Both the position numbers and the translations under genes were made by a program. Below, one piece after another: positions 27,542-29,067 of a stretch of 29,067 nt of DNA. Below the pieces are notes generated by a model. That model had not been told where the DNA came from. It saw nothing but the letters and a program-made list of their open reading frames with translations, and did not search any database. How positions within the stretch are numbered: the first letter of the stretch is position 1; every line of letters starts with the position of its first letter. The DNA is from an uncultured Pseudomonadota bacterium (GTDB lineage: Bacteria; Babelota; Babeliae; Babelales; RVW-14), in contig CAZLQB010000002.1 of assembly GCA_964561585.1 (NCBI GenBank), positions 1 to 29,067 on the forward strand, read 5' to 3'.

Positions 27542-28876
27542 ATGGGACATAGAATTATTCGGGCATTGTGGGGCAATCTCAAGGGCAAAGAGCTCATCAA
27601 ATTTGTCTTACTTGCCATAGGTTTCTTTTTTCTTATTGGTTCTTATTGGCCGCTAAAAACGCTCAAGGACAGCATATTTATTAATATGGTCGGCCCGCTC
27701 TATTTGCCGCAGGCGAAGCTTGCCTCCCTCGCTTTATTTTTCCCCCTTGTGCTACTTTATTCAAAACTAGTCGACATTTTCTCCAAAGAAAAAATGATCT
27801 ACATGCTTGTTGGTTTTTATAGCGTTATAGGGCTCGTTCTCGTTTATTATCTTCACCACCCAACGATTGGCCTACAAAACACAACTATTAGCAACACCCG
27901 CTATATTGGCTGGGCGTTTTACCTATTTGTAGAAAGCTATATTTCGTTAATGGTTTCGCTGTATTGGTCGTTTATCAATGATGTAACCACACCAGAATCT
28001 GCCCAAAAAGGGTATGGGCTTATTATCTTTGGTACACAATTTGGCGGCGTTTTATTCACCTTGCTCGGCAGTTATTTATCTTATGACACGACTAAATATG
28101 CCCACAGGGCGCCCATTATCGCACTTATTTCGGTTGCCATGTTTTTCATGATTGCCGTTATCGTCTTTATTTTGAAACACTTTGTTGGCGACGAACATCT
28201 TGAAGGTTATCAAACAAATACACCAATCGAAAAAGGGAGCGATATCGCAACGGTTGGCTTTCTTGATGGACTTAAAGTATTACTAACACGCCCCTACGTT
28301 TCTGGCATTTTTGTTCTTATTTTCTTTCAAGAACTGCTAACGACCATTATGAGCTTTCAAATGTCACTCATGGTAAAAAATACTTATGCAGACCCTGGAA
28401 TGGTCAATAAGTTTTTGTTCGAGTTTGCCTTAGCCATACAGGTTATTGCCTGCTTATTCGGGCTTTTCGGCACATCATATTTCCAACGTACATTTGGAAT
28501 AAAATTTTGCTTAATCGCCTTCCCACTGCTTATTGGCGTGTCGCTTATTGGGTATATTATTCATCCATCCCTTGCAACAATCTTCTGTGTGGTACTTATT
28601 GCAAAAGCCCTAAATTATGCACTTTATCAACCAGCTAAAGAAGTCCTTTATATTCCAACCTCAAAAAGCATAAAGTATAAATCTAAAGCATGGATTGACA
28701 TGTTCGGCATGCGTTTTGCAAAAGCAACAGGGTCAGGCATTAGCAGTCTTATTGGACCCGCAACAGGTCTTGTTGGTGGAACATGCATAGGAATTATTTC
28801 GGTCTGGGTATTTTTGGCAAGTTTGATTGGCAATGTATATAAAAAAGTCATCACCAATAAAACGCTTATTGATTAA
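27542..28876 (+). CDS. Nucleotide (ATP/ADP) translocase of the NTT/Tlc family
   Basis: The N-terminal region (ELIKFVLLAIGFFFLIGSYWPLKTLKDSIFINMVG...LFFPLVLLYSKLVDIFSKEKMIYMLVGFY) follows the conserved TLC-family pattern (...ILRDTKD...LYTKL.N..SKEKLFY...). About 12 TM helices in 444 aa. Confidence 0.75.
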   Translation: MGHRIIRALWGNLKGKELIKFVLLAIGFFFLIGSYWPLKTLKDSIFINMVGPLYLPQAKLASLALFFPLVLLYSKLVDIFSKEKMIYMLVGFYSVIGLVLVYYLHHPTIGLQNTTISNTRYIGWAFYLFVESYISLMVSLYWSFINDVTTPESAQKGYGLIIFGTQFGGVLFTLLGSYLSYDTTKYAHRAPIIALISVAMFFMIAVIVFILKHFVGDEHLEGYQTNTPIEKGSDIATVGFLDGLKVLLTRPYVSGIFVLIFFQELLTTIMSFQMSLMVKNTYADPGMVNKFLFEFALAIQVIACLFGLFGTSYFQRTFGIKFCLIAFPLLIGVSLIGYIIHPSLATIFCVVLIAKALNYALYQPAKEVLYIPTSKSIKYKSKAWIDMFGMRFAKATGSGISSLIGPATGLVGGTCIGIISVWVFLASLIGNVYKKVITNKTLID

Positions 28877-29021
28877 TAATCGCATTATTTTGTTGGGGGT
28901 ACTTTCCGGTTATGCTATACTAAACGAAGTTGTGGGGATTTCCCTTTTTTTGATATTACAATTTTTGATGTTAAAATGTCTGTGGTAAAACTTATTATTT
29001 CTTTTTTAGAAAGGTTTTTTT

Positions 29022-29067
29022 ATGGCCTGCAAGGTTGTCCGTTGGTTATGGGGTGATTTATCAACAG
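29022..29067 (+). CDS. 5' end of a second NTT-like paralog, truncated by the window edge
   Basis: MACKVVRWLWGDLST resembles the start of the upstream NTT (MGHRIIRALWGNLKGKE). It is preceded by an AT-rich spacer and a GAAAGG SD. Confidence 0.35.
   Translation, partial: MACKVVRWLWGDLST

Overview
The window is a roughly 40% GC bacterial chromosomal segment, densely packed with housekeeping genes, and it looks like it comes from an obligate or strongly host-adapted intracellular bacterium. The main evidence is a nucleotide (ATP/ADP) translocase of the NTT/Tlc family, with a second paralog starting at the window edge. Supporting this are several large or lipidated secreted proteins with no known domains, and a eukaryote-like PQ-loop 7TM protein.

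Recognisable genes in order: SPFH/stomatin-like protein (+), class A PBP (+), MurJ (-), UvrC (-), HAD/DDDD-type lipoprotein phosphatase-like (-), M23 peptidase (+), orphan GspE/PilB-type ATPase with a small membrane protein (-), HU (-), tRNA-Leu(UAA) and tRNA-Cys(GCA) (-), MiaB (-), secreted HAD-like protein (+), YchF (+), HisRS (+), an 860-aa secreted hypothetical protein (-), a PQ-loop protein and a NurA-like nuclease in one operon (-), MurI (-), SecA (-), AtpD and AtpC (+), NTT (+). A peptidoglycan pathway is present (class A PBP, MurJ, MurI, M23).

The most unusual signal is a family of short GC-rich palindromic repeats that stand out against the AT-rich background. There are two exact 29-bp copies and one expanded copy inserted in-frame into uvrC, reminiscent of Rickettsia palindromic elements. 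There are also two complex GC-rich intergenic islands (3044-3250 and 19440-19705) built from related modules.

Other points: miaB is immediately followed by two of its own substrate tRNAs. atpDC is detached from the rest of the atp operon and the epsilon subunit is truncated. An 11-bp triple tandem repeat sits in the secA/atpD divergent promoter. No transposase, integrase, CRISPR array or rRNA was found.
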